From positions 13,041 to 37,040 of the forward strand of contig NZ_JBAHUR010000022.1 of the NCBI RefSeq assembly GCF_036689815.1: a stretch of DNA of 24,000 nucleotides, written 5' to 3'. Position 1 is the first letter of the stretch. Each line of letters starts with the position of its first letter. This stretch comes from Magnetovibrio sp. PR-2. GTDB lineage: Bacteria > Pseudomonadota > Alphaproteobacteria > Rhodospirillales > Magnetovibrionaceae. Below, in pieces: positions 1 to 8,417 of the stretch. A model generated the notes under the pieces. That model had not been told where the DNA came from and did not search any database. It was given only the letters and a program-made list of their open reading frames with translations. Both the position numbers and the translations under genes were made by a program.

Positions 1-3000
1 AAGCCGGTTTTGCGTCCTGGGGTTGAGCCACGCGGCGCTTGATCCGCCAATCTGTAACGTTCGCACGGATCATCAGCAATGATGGCGTCACGATCAATGT
101 CAAGACCGTCGCAAAACCCAATCCAAACACGATAGAGATGGAAAGCTGCACCCACAGCTGATTGGCCGGGGCATCGATCACAACGCTGCGCCCGATGAAG
201 TCCAGGCCGATGTTCATGGCCATGGGCAAAAGACCCAACATGGTCGTCACCGTGGTCAGCAGCACCGGGCGCAGACGTTGTGCACCCGTCAACATGATGG
301 CTTCGCGTGCATCCGACGTGGATTGTTTCAAGCGGTCAAAGGTGTCGATCAACACGATGTTGTTGTTGACCACAATTCCCGCCAACGCAATCACACCAAT
401 GCCACCCATGACGATGCCGAACGGCTGGCCAGTGATCAACAGTCCGATGAAAACCCCGATGGTCGACATCACCACTGCCGACAAGATCAAGAAGCCGGAA
501 TAGAAACTGTTGAACTGTGTCACCAAAATGATGGCGATCATGAACAGCGCAACACCGAAAGCTTTCGACAGGAATTCTTGGGCCTTGGCCTGTTCTTCAT
601 CTTCGCCTTTGAACTTGATGGAGATGCGTGGATCCAAATCGGCTTTGCCCAGCCAAGCTTGAATGCCTTTAACCATTTCATCGGCCAAGACACCTTCAAC
701 CACGTCCGATTTCACCATCACGACACGTTTCACATCCGTGCGGCTGATGGTGCCGGTTTTGGCTTGGGCTTCCATGGTGACGAAGTTGTCGATGGGCACC
801 ATCCCACCGGGTGTTTTCACGCGGATATGACGGAGTTGTTCTAAGGTACGATAGTCACCGGGGAAACGCGCACGGATATCCAACTCGTCATCCGTATCGG
901 TCGGACGGTACTCGCCCAACTTAATACCCGACGTCGCCAAACGAATGGTGGAACCAACCGTTGAGACATCCGCACCAAATTTTGCCGCTTGTGCCCGGTC
1001 CACATCGAACACCCAATCAATTCCCGGCAAAGGCAGGCTGTCTTCGATATCAACGAAGTTCGGGTTTTTACTGAGCTCTTCAACAATGCGTTTCGCCGTC
1101 GGCCCCAACAGCTCTGGATAGCGCGACGAGATTTCCATCTGCACCGGCTTACCCACGGGCGGACCGCCTTCTTGTTTTTCCGTATTCACAACGACACCTG
1201 CGATGGGGGCCGTGCGTTCACGGATTTCACCCAAAATGGTGTCGGCTTTCCGACGCTTATCCCAGTCTTCGAATTCCAAGAACACAGAGCCGATAATGTC
1301 TTCGGCCTGTTCACCCGACGGAGCGGATTGCGTGCGCGTGTAGACCGTGCGGATGCCTTCCACCTGAAGAACTTCGGCTTCGACCTCGCGCATCAAGGCA
1401 TCGCGTTCCCAAATGGACATGTTGCCACGCGCCCGCACATTGACTTGCGCGTTGGTGGGTTCGACTTCAGGGAAGAATTCGACGCCGTTTCCAAAAACAC
1501 CATAAGTGCCCAACACGGCAAACAAAACGAAGACAGACAATGCAACGATTTTGGCGGGATGGCGCAAGGCCTTTTCCAGAATGTTGAGATACGTCTGCGT
1601 AACCGGGCCTGCGGTTTCCAGCCCCGCTTCTTCGCCAACGGTGAGCGCCTTCTTGGTATCTTCACGTCCAGGCTTGCCGATATAGCCGCCCAGCGCAGGG
1701 ATGAACACCAACGCCATCAACAATGAAGCAGACAAGGTAGCGATCAAGGTGATTGGCAAGTACTTCATGAACTCACCCACCACGCCCGGCCAAAACAGCA
1801 GCGGCAAAAAAGCGGCAAGCGTTGTCAGGGTCGCAGCAATGATCGGCGGCGCCATGCGTTTGGCCGCTAACGCATATGCTTTTTTGCGGTGCAGGCCTTC
1901 CGTCATTTTCCGGTCGGCGTATTCTGTCACCACGATGGCACCGTCCACCAACATACCGACAGCCAAAACAAGTCCGAACAACACAACAATATTCATGGTG
2001 TTGCCCATAATGTGCAGAACCAAAACACCCGTCAGGAATGAACCCGGAATGGCCACGCCGACCAAGCCCGCCGAGCGCAAACCCAATGAGCCCACAACCA
2101 CAATCATCACCAACAACACCGCACTGATGACGGAGTTTTCCAGTGTCGACAGACGTTCTTTGATGTCGGTGGATTTATCTTGGGAGTAACTCACCGAAAT
2201 TGCACCGCGCAAAGTTTCGGGCCACACGGCTTGTTCTTCGGCGACCTTTTCACGCACACGGGCAACCGTTTCAATCAAGTTCTCGCCACTGCGTTTGGAG
2301 ACCTCCAAGGTCACAGCATTGTGCCCATTGATGCGGGCAAAGCTGGTTGGGTCCTTAAACGCACGGCGCACCGTGCCGATGTCAGCCAATCGTACCACGG
2401 CATCGCCGTCCACCGTGACAGGCAGTTCCATGATTTCATATACGTTAGTGAGCAAGCCCGGGACTTTGAGCGTAAAACTGCCGCGCCCGGTGTCTTGTGC
2501 ACCCGCCGCCACCAGTTTGTTCGAACTTTTCACGATCGAGGTCGCCTCATCCGGGCTTAGTCCATAACTTTCGACCTTCACCGGATCGATCAGAATCTCG
2601 ACCATTTCTTCACGTGTGCCGGTCAAAGACGCTTTCAAAACGGAGCTTAGACCTTCCAATTCATCCTTCAAATCGCGCCCCAAGTTCAACAGCGCGCGTT
2701 CCGGCACTTGGCCGGACATGGAAATCACCACCACTGGAAATTCGGAAAAGTTGATTTCTTCAATGACTGCGTCCTCGCTGTCACTGGGCAGGTCTGGCTT
2801 GGCATCGTCAACACTCTCACGCACATCCGTAAGCGCTTGGTCAACGTCGAAGCCAGCTTCGAATTCCAACACAACATTGGCGCCGCCTTCATAGCCTTTG
2901 GCGCGCATTTCCTTTAGCCCTTCGACAGAGCGCAGCTCTTGTTCCAAGGGGCGGATCAGAAGGTTTTCGCTGTCTTCGGGCGAAATCCCTTCATGGATCA

Positions 3001-3148
3001 CGCGCACGATGATCAACGGAATGTTGATGTCGGGCTCGGCCTCTTTGGGGATTTCCTGGTACGCCACACTGCCAGCAATCAACAGCAATAACAGCGTGGA
3101 GATGGTGGTGCGGGCGTGGTGAAACGCAACGTCGATGAGCGCACGCAT
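1..3148 (-). CDS. RND (AcrB/HAE1-like) efflux transporter permease; 3' end runs off the left edge of the window
   Basis: Absent from the ORF track, presumably because it has no stop codon inside the window. Manual minus-strand translation from the ATG at 3148-3146 gives MRALIDVAFHHARTTISTLLLLLIAGSVAYQEIPKEAEPDINIPLIIVRVIHEGISPEDSENLLIRPLEQELRSVEGLKEMRA... This is a typical RND N-terminus (TM1 followed by the periplasmic porter domain). The same frame is still open at position 2 (...NVTDWRIKRRVAQPQDAKPA). That gives about 1049 codons, the size expected for a nearly complete RND pump. The start lies 3 nt after the adaptor gene stop. The + strand ORFs listed over 162-3122 look like antisense shadow ORFs. 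Confidence 0.85.
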   Translation of the reverse strand, partial: MRALIDVAFHHARTTISTLLLLLIAGSVAYQEIPKEAEPDINIPLIIVRVIHEGISPEDSENLLIRPLEQELRSVEGLKEMRAKGYEGGANVVLEFEAGFDVDQALTDVRESVDDAKPDLPSDSEDAVIEEINFSEFPVVVISMSGQVPERALLNLGRDLKDELEGLSSVLKASLTGTREEMVEILIDPVKVESYGLSPDEATSIVKSSNKLVAAGAQDTGRGSFTLKVPGLLTNVYEIMELPVTVDGDAVVRLADIGTVRRAFKDPTSFARINGHNAVTLEVSKRSGENLIETVARVREKVAEEQAVWPETLRGAISVSYSQDKSTDIKERLSTLENSVISAVLLVMIVVVGSLGLRSAGLVGVAIPGSFLTGVLVLHIMGNTMNIVVLFGLVLAVGMLVDGAIVVTEYADRKMTEGLHRKKAYALAAKRMAPPIIAATLTTLAAFLPLLFWPGVVGEFMKYLPITLIATLSASLLMALVFIPALGGYIGKPGREDTKKALTVGEEAGLETAGPVTQTYLNILEKALRHPAKIVALSVFVLFAVLGTYGVFGNGVEFFPEVEPTNAQVNVRARGNMSIWERDALMREVEAEVLQVEGIRTVYTRTQSAPSGEQAEDIIGSVFLEFEDWDKRRKADTILGEIRERTAPIAGVVVNTEKQEGGPPVGKPVQMEISSRYPELLGPTAKRIVEELSKNPNFVDIEDSLPLPGIDWVFDVDRAQAAKFGADVSTVGSTIRLATSGIKLGEYRPTDTDDELDIRARFPGDYRTLEQLRHIRVKTPGGMVPIDNFVTMEAQAKTGTISRTDVKRVVMVKSDVVEGVLADEMVKGIQAWLGKADLDPRISIKFKGEDEEQAKAQEFLSKAFGVALFMIAIILVTQFNSFYSGFLILSAVVMSTIGVFIGLLITGQPFGIVMGGIGVIALAGIVVNNNIVLIDTFDRLKQSTSDAREAIMLTGAQRLRPVLLTTVTTMLGLLPMAMNIGLDFIGRSVVIDAPANQLWVQLSISIVFGLGFATVLTLIVTPSLLMIRANVTDWRIKRRVAQPQDAKPA

Positions 3149-3151
3149 GGC

Positions 3152-4348
3152 TTAGTTCTCCTGCCCTTGGTCTTCGCCGTTTTCAAGATCGCGCGCCGTT
3201 TCCAACGTGCCCTCGACAGCGATGACCGTTTGACCGGGAATGACGAATTCTTGCCCGACGGAAATCACTTTGGCCTCATGGGGAAGTCCCGTCAGCCAAA
3301 TGCCGTCCTTGGTGTCGGAAATCATCTCCACACGGAAGAACTCAACCGTGCCGTCAGCCATGACAACTTTCACGCCGATGTCACCTTCATCGTCCAAGGT
3401 CAACAGGGCCGGCGTGATGTTGTGCGCTTTGATGCGTTCCATCGGCAGGTGCAATTCCGCCGTCATGCCTTCGGGAACGGAACCGTCGACAACATCAAAA
3501 CGAACCTCAACCTTATAGGTCCGGGTCGCGGCGCTGGAGGCTTTCGCAACAAAAGACACCGTCGCGTCAAATTCACGCCCGTCCGGTAAGACAATGTAGG
3601 CCTCGCCTCCCAACGAAATCCCCCCAATGTCGCGTTCGGCCACCTCACCCGCTGCGAGCATGGCGCTGAGATCGATCACGCGTGCAACAACGCCGCCGAC
3701 TTTGTCGATGTAGTCACCGGCGTCTAGGGGCAGTTCGTCCACCACACCAGCAAACGGTGCCATGATGGTGGTGTTGTCGAGATCGCGCTGCATGCCTTTG
3801 ACTTCGGCGCGCGCGGCTTCCAAGTTGGCTTTGGCTTCGGCCAAGTTCAGTTGAGAGCTGTAGCCACCCTTGGACAACTTTCGCGCGGACTCATACGCAA
3901 TTTTGCGCTGGCTCAAGCGTGCTTTGGCTTCTGCGAGTTTTGCCGGCAAGTTTTCCGGATCAAGCTTCACCAAAACTTCGCCCGCTTCGACCATGGCCCC
4001 TTTTTCAGCAACGATCTCAACCACACGACCGATGGTTTCCGCACGCACAGAAACTGCGTTTTTAGCTTCGGTGCGGCCCAACACGGCAATGGTGCGCACA
4101 TGTTCTTCACCCACAATCGTGGTCACGCGCACACGCGGCGTGGGTGTTTCTGTTTCGATTTGCGGTTGGGCATCTTGGGATTGGGCGTCTTCGTTGACGA
4201 AGATACCGGATAACATCCATAAAAGCGCACCGATGGCAATGAATGCCGCCGTCTTTTGTGCAGGCTGGACGGTCATGCCAAACACTTGTGAGGACTTGGT
4301 CACTGCCCCCGTCAAGTTTGCAGCTTTTTGTTTTAATTCATCGGTCAT
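3152..4348 (-). CDS. RND efflux periplasmic adaptor (membrane fusion protein, HlyD/AcrA family)
   Basis: The ORF track gives 3152..4402. I prefer the internal Met at 4348 (MTDELKQK...) because it forms an ATGA overlap with the padR stop. It has an N-terminal TM helix (AAFIAIGALLWMLSGIF), then coiled-coil/lipoyl-like segments (AKLAEAKARLSQRKIAYESARKL...LAEAKANLEAARAEVKGMQRDL) and a beta-barrel C-terminal part. It sits immediately upstream of the RND gene. Confidence 0.85.
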   Translation of the reverse strand: MTDELKQKAANLTGAVTKSSQVFGMTVQPAQKTAAFIAIGALLWMLSGIFVNEDAQSQDAQPQIETETPTPRVRVTTIVGEEHVRTIAVLGRTEAKNAVSVRAETIGRVVEIVAEKGAMVEAGEVLVKLDPENLPAKLAEAKARLSQRKIAYESARKLSKGGYSSQLNLAEAKANLEAARAEVKGMQRDLDNTTIMAPFAGVVDELPLDAGDYIDKVGGVVARVIDLSAMLAAGEVAERDIGGISLGGEAYIVLPDGREFDATVSFVAKASSAATRTYKVEVRFDVVDGSVPEGMTAELHLPMERIKAHNITPALLTLDDEGDIGVKVVMADGTVEFFRVEMISDTKDGIWLTGLPHEAKVISVGQEFVIPGQTVIAVEGTLETARDLENGEDQGQEN

Positions 4349-4953
4349 TTCTTTTCTCCGGCAGGGGAGCTTTGGGGGAGGCTCTTGGGGTGATCCATGC
4401 ATTCACGCAGGGATTCAAAATCGCGCACGCCCTCACCTTTGGGGGCAGACAGCAGCGCTTCGCGATTATCTTCGAGAAAACCTAAGATGCTTTTGTGAAA
4501 GTGCAGTCCAAAATTGCGCACAAACATACGGCCCCGCGATAGGCCCGAGTTGTCTTTGCTTTCAATCAATTCGACAAAAAAACGGTGGTGCTCAACATAA
4601 TTGTCGTAGACCTCTTGAAGGTGGTCGTCTTCCAGATGATCGGCAAAGAACATCATGATCAGAACTTCGGAACGCACCTTGTCGCTGTCGGGGGTTTTGC
4701 CCAACGTCTTGCGAAATGCGCCCAGTCCCTCTTCGGTGATGGAATAGACCTTTTTATCGGGTCGACCGTCTTGGGCCTCCACCACTTGGGACACGTACCC
4801 CGCCTCCAACAATTTGGATAACGCCGGATAGATGGACCCGAAGCTCGCATGGTGAATATGCGAAAACGGCCCCTCTTCGAACATTTTGCGGATCTCATAC
4901 CCGCTGGCATCGCCCAGGCTCAACACACCTAAACACAAGGTTTTGACGTCCAT
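4345..4953 (-). CDS. PadR-family transcriptional regulator
   Basis: The 202-aa ORF starts MDVKTLCLGVLSLGDASGYEIRKMFEEGPFSHIHHASFGSIYPALSKLLEAGYVSQVVEAQDGRPDKKVYSITEEG. This is the characteristic PadR winged-helix N-terminal domain. It is the first gene of the efflux operon. Confidence 0.85.
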   Translation of the reverse strand: MDVKTLCLGVLSLGDASGYEIRKMFEEGPFSHIHHASFGSIYPALSKLLEAGYVSQVVEAQDGRPDKKVYSITEEGLGAFRKTLGKTPDSDKVRSEVLIMMFFADHLEDDHLQEVYDNYVEHHRFFVELIESKDNSGLSRGRMFVRNFGLHFHKSILGFLEDNREALLSAPKGEGVRDFESLRECMDHPKSLPQSSPAGEKK

Positions 4954-5028
4954 GACTTAAAAGCTCCAAAAGAAAACACGAGAAGAGGTCGCACCAACGC
5001 GCACTCCGCCGCATGACTATCAGAGCAG

Positions 5029-5049
5029 TATATATCAAAACGATATATA
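5029..5049. promoter_or_regulatory. Perfect inverted repeat TATATATC-N5-GATATATA; candidate operator upstream of padR
   Basis: Read directly from the sequence. It lies 76 nt upstream of the padR start, in the AT-rich gap between padR and the upstream gene. Assigning it to PadR is an inference. Confidence 0.4.
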
Positions 5050-5100
5050 TCATTTCAATACTTAATTTTGAATATTTCTAAATCGTTACATTTCAATAGG

Positions 5101-5451
5101 TTAGAGGTCGACAGGTTCTTGCCCATCGGGTTTGTACACACCCTCAGTGTCTTCAACCTCCATTGCCCAGAGGTCCGGATCAATATCCGCTTCGCGTTCG
5201 ATGTAGGCATCGCAGTCCCGCTCGGCATGGATATCTTCCCCACCTGCAACAATGGTCCAGACACGCTCGCTGTCCATATTGTAGCGGCGCGCCAACAACC
5301 AACACCCCCGGCTCAAGCGATTGTGCTTGATCAGCACCTGGCCCGCGTCTTCGTCCCCCCGGCGCACGATGACGACGGGCAGTAAGGCCTGATCGCACAG
5401 GCGCAGTTGGGCTTTGATCCAGATTCCGGTTTTCAGGCGCAGCTCAGTCAT
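5101..5451 (-). CDS. DUF1491-family small conserved protein
   Basis: 116-aa ORF beginning MTELRLKTGIWIKAQLRLCDQALLPVVIVRRGDEDAGQVLIK. It resembles the DUF1491 family as I remember it (about 110 aa, mostly alphaproteobacterial). No search was run. Confidence 0.6.
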   Translation of the reverse strand: MTELRLKTGIWIKAQLRLCDQALLPVVIVRRGDEDAGQVLIKHNRLSRGCWLLARRYNMDSERVWTIVAGGEDIHAERDCDAYIEREADIDPDLWAMEVEDTEGVYKPDGQEPVDL

Positions 5452-5490
5452 GCAAAAGTGTTCCTATGTTCAAGATATCAGGACCATAAC

Positions 5491-5901
5491 ATGGACACCG
5501 CAGCGTTCACACTCGATCCCACTTTGGAAAAAGACACCGTGGAAATCACCCGTTTAGGGGTCTGTCGCGTCTTGTTGATGCGCGATCAAACCTATCCTTG
5601 GGTGATTTTGGTTCCCGCGATTGCCGGGCTTAGGGACTTCGACGATCTCAACCCCACGCACCGCAACGCCGTCACAGCCGAAATCGACCGCGCCAGCAAG
5701 GCGCTCAAAGCCGCATGCCAACCTTATAAAATCAATGTCGCCGCGTTGGGCAATGTGGTGGAACAGCTGCACATCCATGTGATTGCCCGTTTTCAAAACG
5801 ACGCGGCTTGGCCCGGTCCGGTTTGGGGCGTGCACCCGCCACAAGATTATGATGAGAACGCACGCGCAAAACTCACCGCCAAGATCAAATCAGCCCTTTG
5901 A
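5491..5901 (+). CDS. HIT (histidine triad) family protein
   Basis: Start trimmed from the 5407 ORF to Met 5491 (MDTAAF...). The extension would overlap the divergent gene. A histidine-triad motif is present (QLHIHVIAR). Final size is 136 aa. Confidence 0.75.
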   Translation: MDTAAFTLDPTLEKDTVEITRLGVCRVLLMRDQTYPWVILVPAIAGLRDFDDLNPTHRNAVTAEIDRASKALKAACQPYKINVAALGNVVEQLHIHVIARFQNDAAWPGPVWGVHPPQDYDENARAKLTAKIKSAL

Positions 5902-5996
5902 CCCCGCATGAAACCTGAGTATTGTTGTCCTGGGGCTAGAGACATCTGGGGCGAGAAGCAAGTCATGCAAAGCAGTCCGCGCAAATCGGGATACAC

Positions 5997-7973
5997 ATGA
6001 TGCCAGCAGGCATTGGCTTAATATTCGAACACGTGCGCACATTACCAATCCGCGCCAAATTATTGTTGATGTCGACCATGGTCGGCTTCGCCATCATCGC
6101 TATTCTCTCTTTGAGTTGGTATCGCGACACCTCTATCCGTGACATGGATGAAACGCGCACGGCCATTTTGTCCATGGACATGATGGTGTCCGACTTGCAG
6201 CGCAATCAAAATGACTTCGTCAACCTGTTCGACCCACGCTTTCGCGAAGCATTCAGCGCCGTCTTTGAAAACTTCGTGATCCGCACCGAAGACCTCAAAG
6301 AACAGTTTTGGGACTTAGAACTGCCCATCGATACGCTTGAGCGTTTGATCATCGTCACCAGCGAATATCAATATCACTTTGAAGTGTTGGCCGAGTTGAT
6401 GACCCAAATCGGTCAAAACGACCAAGAAGGCCTGCGTCTGGACCTGGTCAAGTCCATAACGGATATCAAAGACACACTGGGGCGCATTCCCACCACCAAT
6501 AATGCGCGTCTGAGCCTGCAAAACCAATTGGCCGAATTGCAGTTGCTGTCCAAAGACATGCTCCTTCACAAAGACAGCCAATACGTCGAGCAGTTCAATT
6601 TGATCCACTTGCAAATGCTCGACGACGTCAAGCGCATGTCGGCTAATCCCAAATTGCGCACGGCATTGAGCCTCCAACTCAGTTATTACCGAGAACTGTT
6701 TTTCCAGTTGGCCCAAGCCTCAACTGAAATTGGTTTGGATTTCGAACACGGTTTGCGCGCCAAAATCGAAAACAATGTGAGCGATGCGCACAAAGCCCTG
6801 GCCCTGCTCAGTATCGAGGTCAACGTCGCAACCGCGCAGAGAAAACAAAACCTCAACGTCTTGATGGGCGGCATTGCCATTTCCTTTTCAATTTTGTTCT
6901 TCTTGGTCTTGTTGGCCTTGGCGCGCTCTATCTCTTCGCCGATCCGCGCCATCACGGAAGCCATGACCCGCTTGGCCGATGGGGATCTGAGCGTCGACAT
7001 TTCCAACCAACACCGCCGGGATGAAATCGGCGATATGTTACGCGCGCTGCGGGTCTTTAAGATGGGAGCCATTATCCGCAGACGCACCCAAGAAGAATTG
7101 CGCGAAGCCCACGATCAATTGGAACATCGCGTCGAAGAACGCACCCACGAACTGTCCGAAGAGATTCAAGAACGCCGACTGGCCGAAGACCAATTGAGAC
7201 GCGCACGCGAAGACGCCGAAGCCGCCAACAAAGCCAAGTCTATGTTTTTGGCAAACATGAGCCACGAGCTGCGCACCCCTCTGAATGCCATCATCGGTTA
7301 TTCGGAAATGCTGCAAGAAGACGCCCAAGACCTAGGCTATAGCGATATGACGCCGGATTTGGACAAGATCAACACGGCCGGCAAGCACCTCTTGGGCATC
7401 ATCAACGAGATTTTGGACTTGTCTAAAATCGAAGCCGGACGCATCGACATTGAAGTGGAAGAATTCAGCGTCATAGACGTTGTGGAATCTGTTGGGGAAA
7501 CCGTACAGCCGTTGATGACCACCAACAACAATGTCTTAAAAATTGAATGCGGACAAAACCTTGGTATCATGAACAGCGACATCATGCGGCTGCGCCAAAT
7601 TTTGTTTAATTTTCTGTCCAACGCTGCCAAATTCACCGAAGAGGGCGAGATCAGCCTGCGCGCCTATCGTGAAAGTGATATCGCAGGCGACACCATGGTG
7701 TTTTCCGTTGCCGATACCGGCATCGGCATGAGCCAAAAGCAGTTGGGGCAAGTATTCGAAGCCTTTACCCAGGCCGACACCTCCACCACCCGCAAATATG
7801 GCGGAACGGGACTGGGCCTGACTGTGAACCGGGAATTTGCCCGTTTGATGGGCGGCGACGTTATGGCGCAAAGTGCCTTGGGCAAAGGTACGACATTTAC
7901 CGTGCGCCTGCCCGCCGTTCTTCGCGACCAATCAAGCAACGAAGCACTGGACAGCACGGGCGCTGATGCGTAG
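5997..7973 (+). CDS. Membrane sensor histidine kinase (two TM helices flanking a roughly 250-aa sensor region, HAMP, coiled coil, HisKA, HATPase_c)
   Basis: 658-aa ORF. TM helices are [18 protein letters not shown] and [24 protein letters not shown]-like segment follows ([20 protein letters not shown]). The H-box is [20 protein letters not shown] and G boxes are [15 protein letters not shown] and GGTGLGL. Confidence 0.9.
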   Translation: MMPAGIGLIFEHVRTLPIRAKLLLMSTMVGFAIIAILSLSWYRDTSIRDMDETRTAILSMDMMVSDLQRNQNDFVNLFDPRFREAFSAVFENFVIRTEDLKEQFWDLELPIDTLERLIIVTSEYQYHFEVLAELMTQIGQNDQEGLRLDLVKSITDIKDTLGRIPTTNNARLSLQNQLAELQLLSKDMLLHKDSQYVEQFNLIHLQMLDDVKRMSANPKLRTALSLQLSYYRELFFQLAQASTEIGLDFEHGLRAKIENNVSDAHKALALLSIEVNVATAQRKQNLNVLMGGIAISFSILFFLVLLALARSISSPIRAITEAMTRLADGDLSVDISNQHRRDEIGDMLRALRVFKMGAIIRRRTQEELREAHDQLEHRVEERTHELSEEIQERRLAEDQLRRAREDAEAANKAKSMFLANMSHELRTPLNAIIGYSEMLQEDAQDLGYSDMTPDLDKINTAGKHLLGIINEILDLSKIEAGRIDIEVEEFSVIDVVESVGETVQPLMTTNNNVLKIECGQNLGIMNSDIMRLRQILFNFLSNAAKFTEEGEISLRAYRESDIAGDTMVFSVADTGIGMSQKQLGQVFEAFTQADTSTTRKYGGTGLGLTVNREFARLMGGDVMAQSALGKGTTFTVRLPAVLRDQSSNEALDSTGADA

Positions 7974-8015
7974 AAAATATAGCGATACTTAAAGGCATTC
8001 CAAAATACCGGGCAA

Positions 8016-8393
8016 ATGATGGCGACAATCCTTCTTGTTGAAGACAACGAACTGAACCGCGACATGCTGTCGCGGCGTTTAGAGCGTCTGGGCTATACCA
8101 TCAATTTGGCAACCGACGGCCAAGAAGGTGTGGATGCGGTGCGTAACAATCCACCCGATCTGGTTCTCATGGACATCAACATGCCCGTGATGGACGGCTG
8201 GGAAGCGGTGCGGGTTCTCAAGTCTGACCCGGACACTCAGCGCTTGCCCGTTATTGCCCTCACCGCCCACGCCATGGCCTCGGACCGTGATAAAGCGGAA
8301 AAATCCGGCTTTGACGATTACGCCACAAAACCTGTGGATTTTCCGGCTCTGGTGAAAATGATCGAAACATGGCTTAATATGGCAGACGAATAG
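8016..8393 (+). CDS. Single-domain response regulator (CheY-like receiver)
   Basis: 125-aa ORF with ILLVEDNELNR, DLVLMDINMP (phospho-accepting Asp context), ALTAHA and KP motifs. It starts 42 nt downstream of the kinase gene. Confidence 0.9.
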   Translation: MMATILLVEDNELNRDMLSRRLERLGYTINLATDGQEGVDAVRNNPPDLVLMDINMPVMDGWEAVRVLKSDPDTQRLPVIALTAHAMASDRDKAEKSGFDDYATKPVDFPALVKMIETWLNMADE

Positions 8394-8417
8394 AACTTTT
8401 CCGCCTATATTGGTCCC

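Noticed and set aside
162-3122. A series of plus-strand ORFs (113-245 aa) covering the first 3 kb
   Set aside because: Their translations are low-complexity and rich in R, H, G, F and T, with no recognisable motifs. They lie antisense to a continuous minus-strand frame that translates into a convincing RND transporter. They are shadow ORFs.
4349-4402. The upstream Met at 4402 as the start of the adaptor gene (MHGSPQEPPPKLPCRRKE...)
   Set aside because: The extension would lie entirely inside the padR coding sequence. Met 4348 gives a typical ATGA stop/start overlap and a normal adaptor N-terminus.
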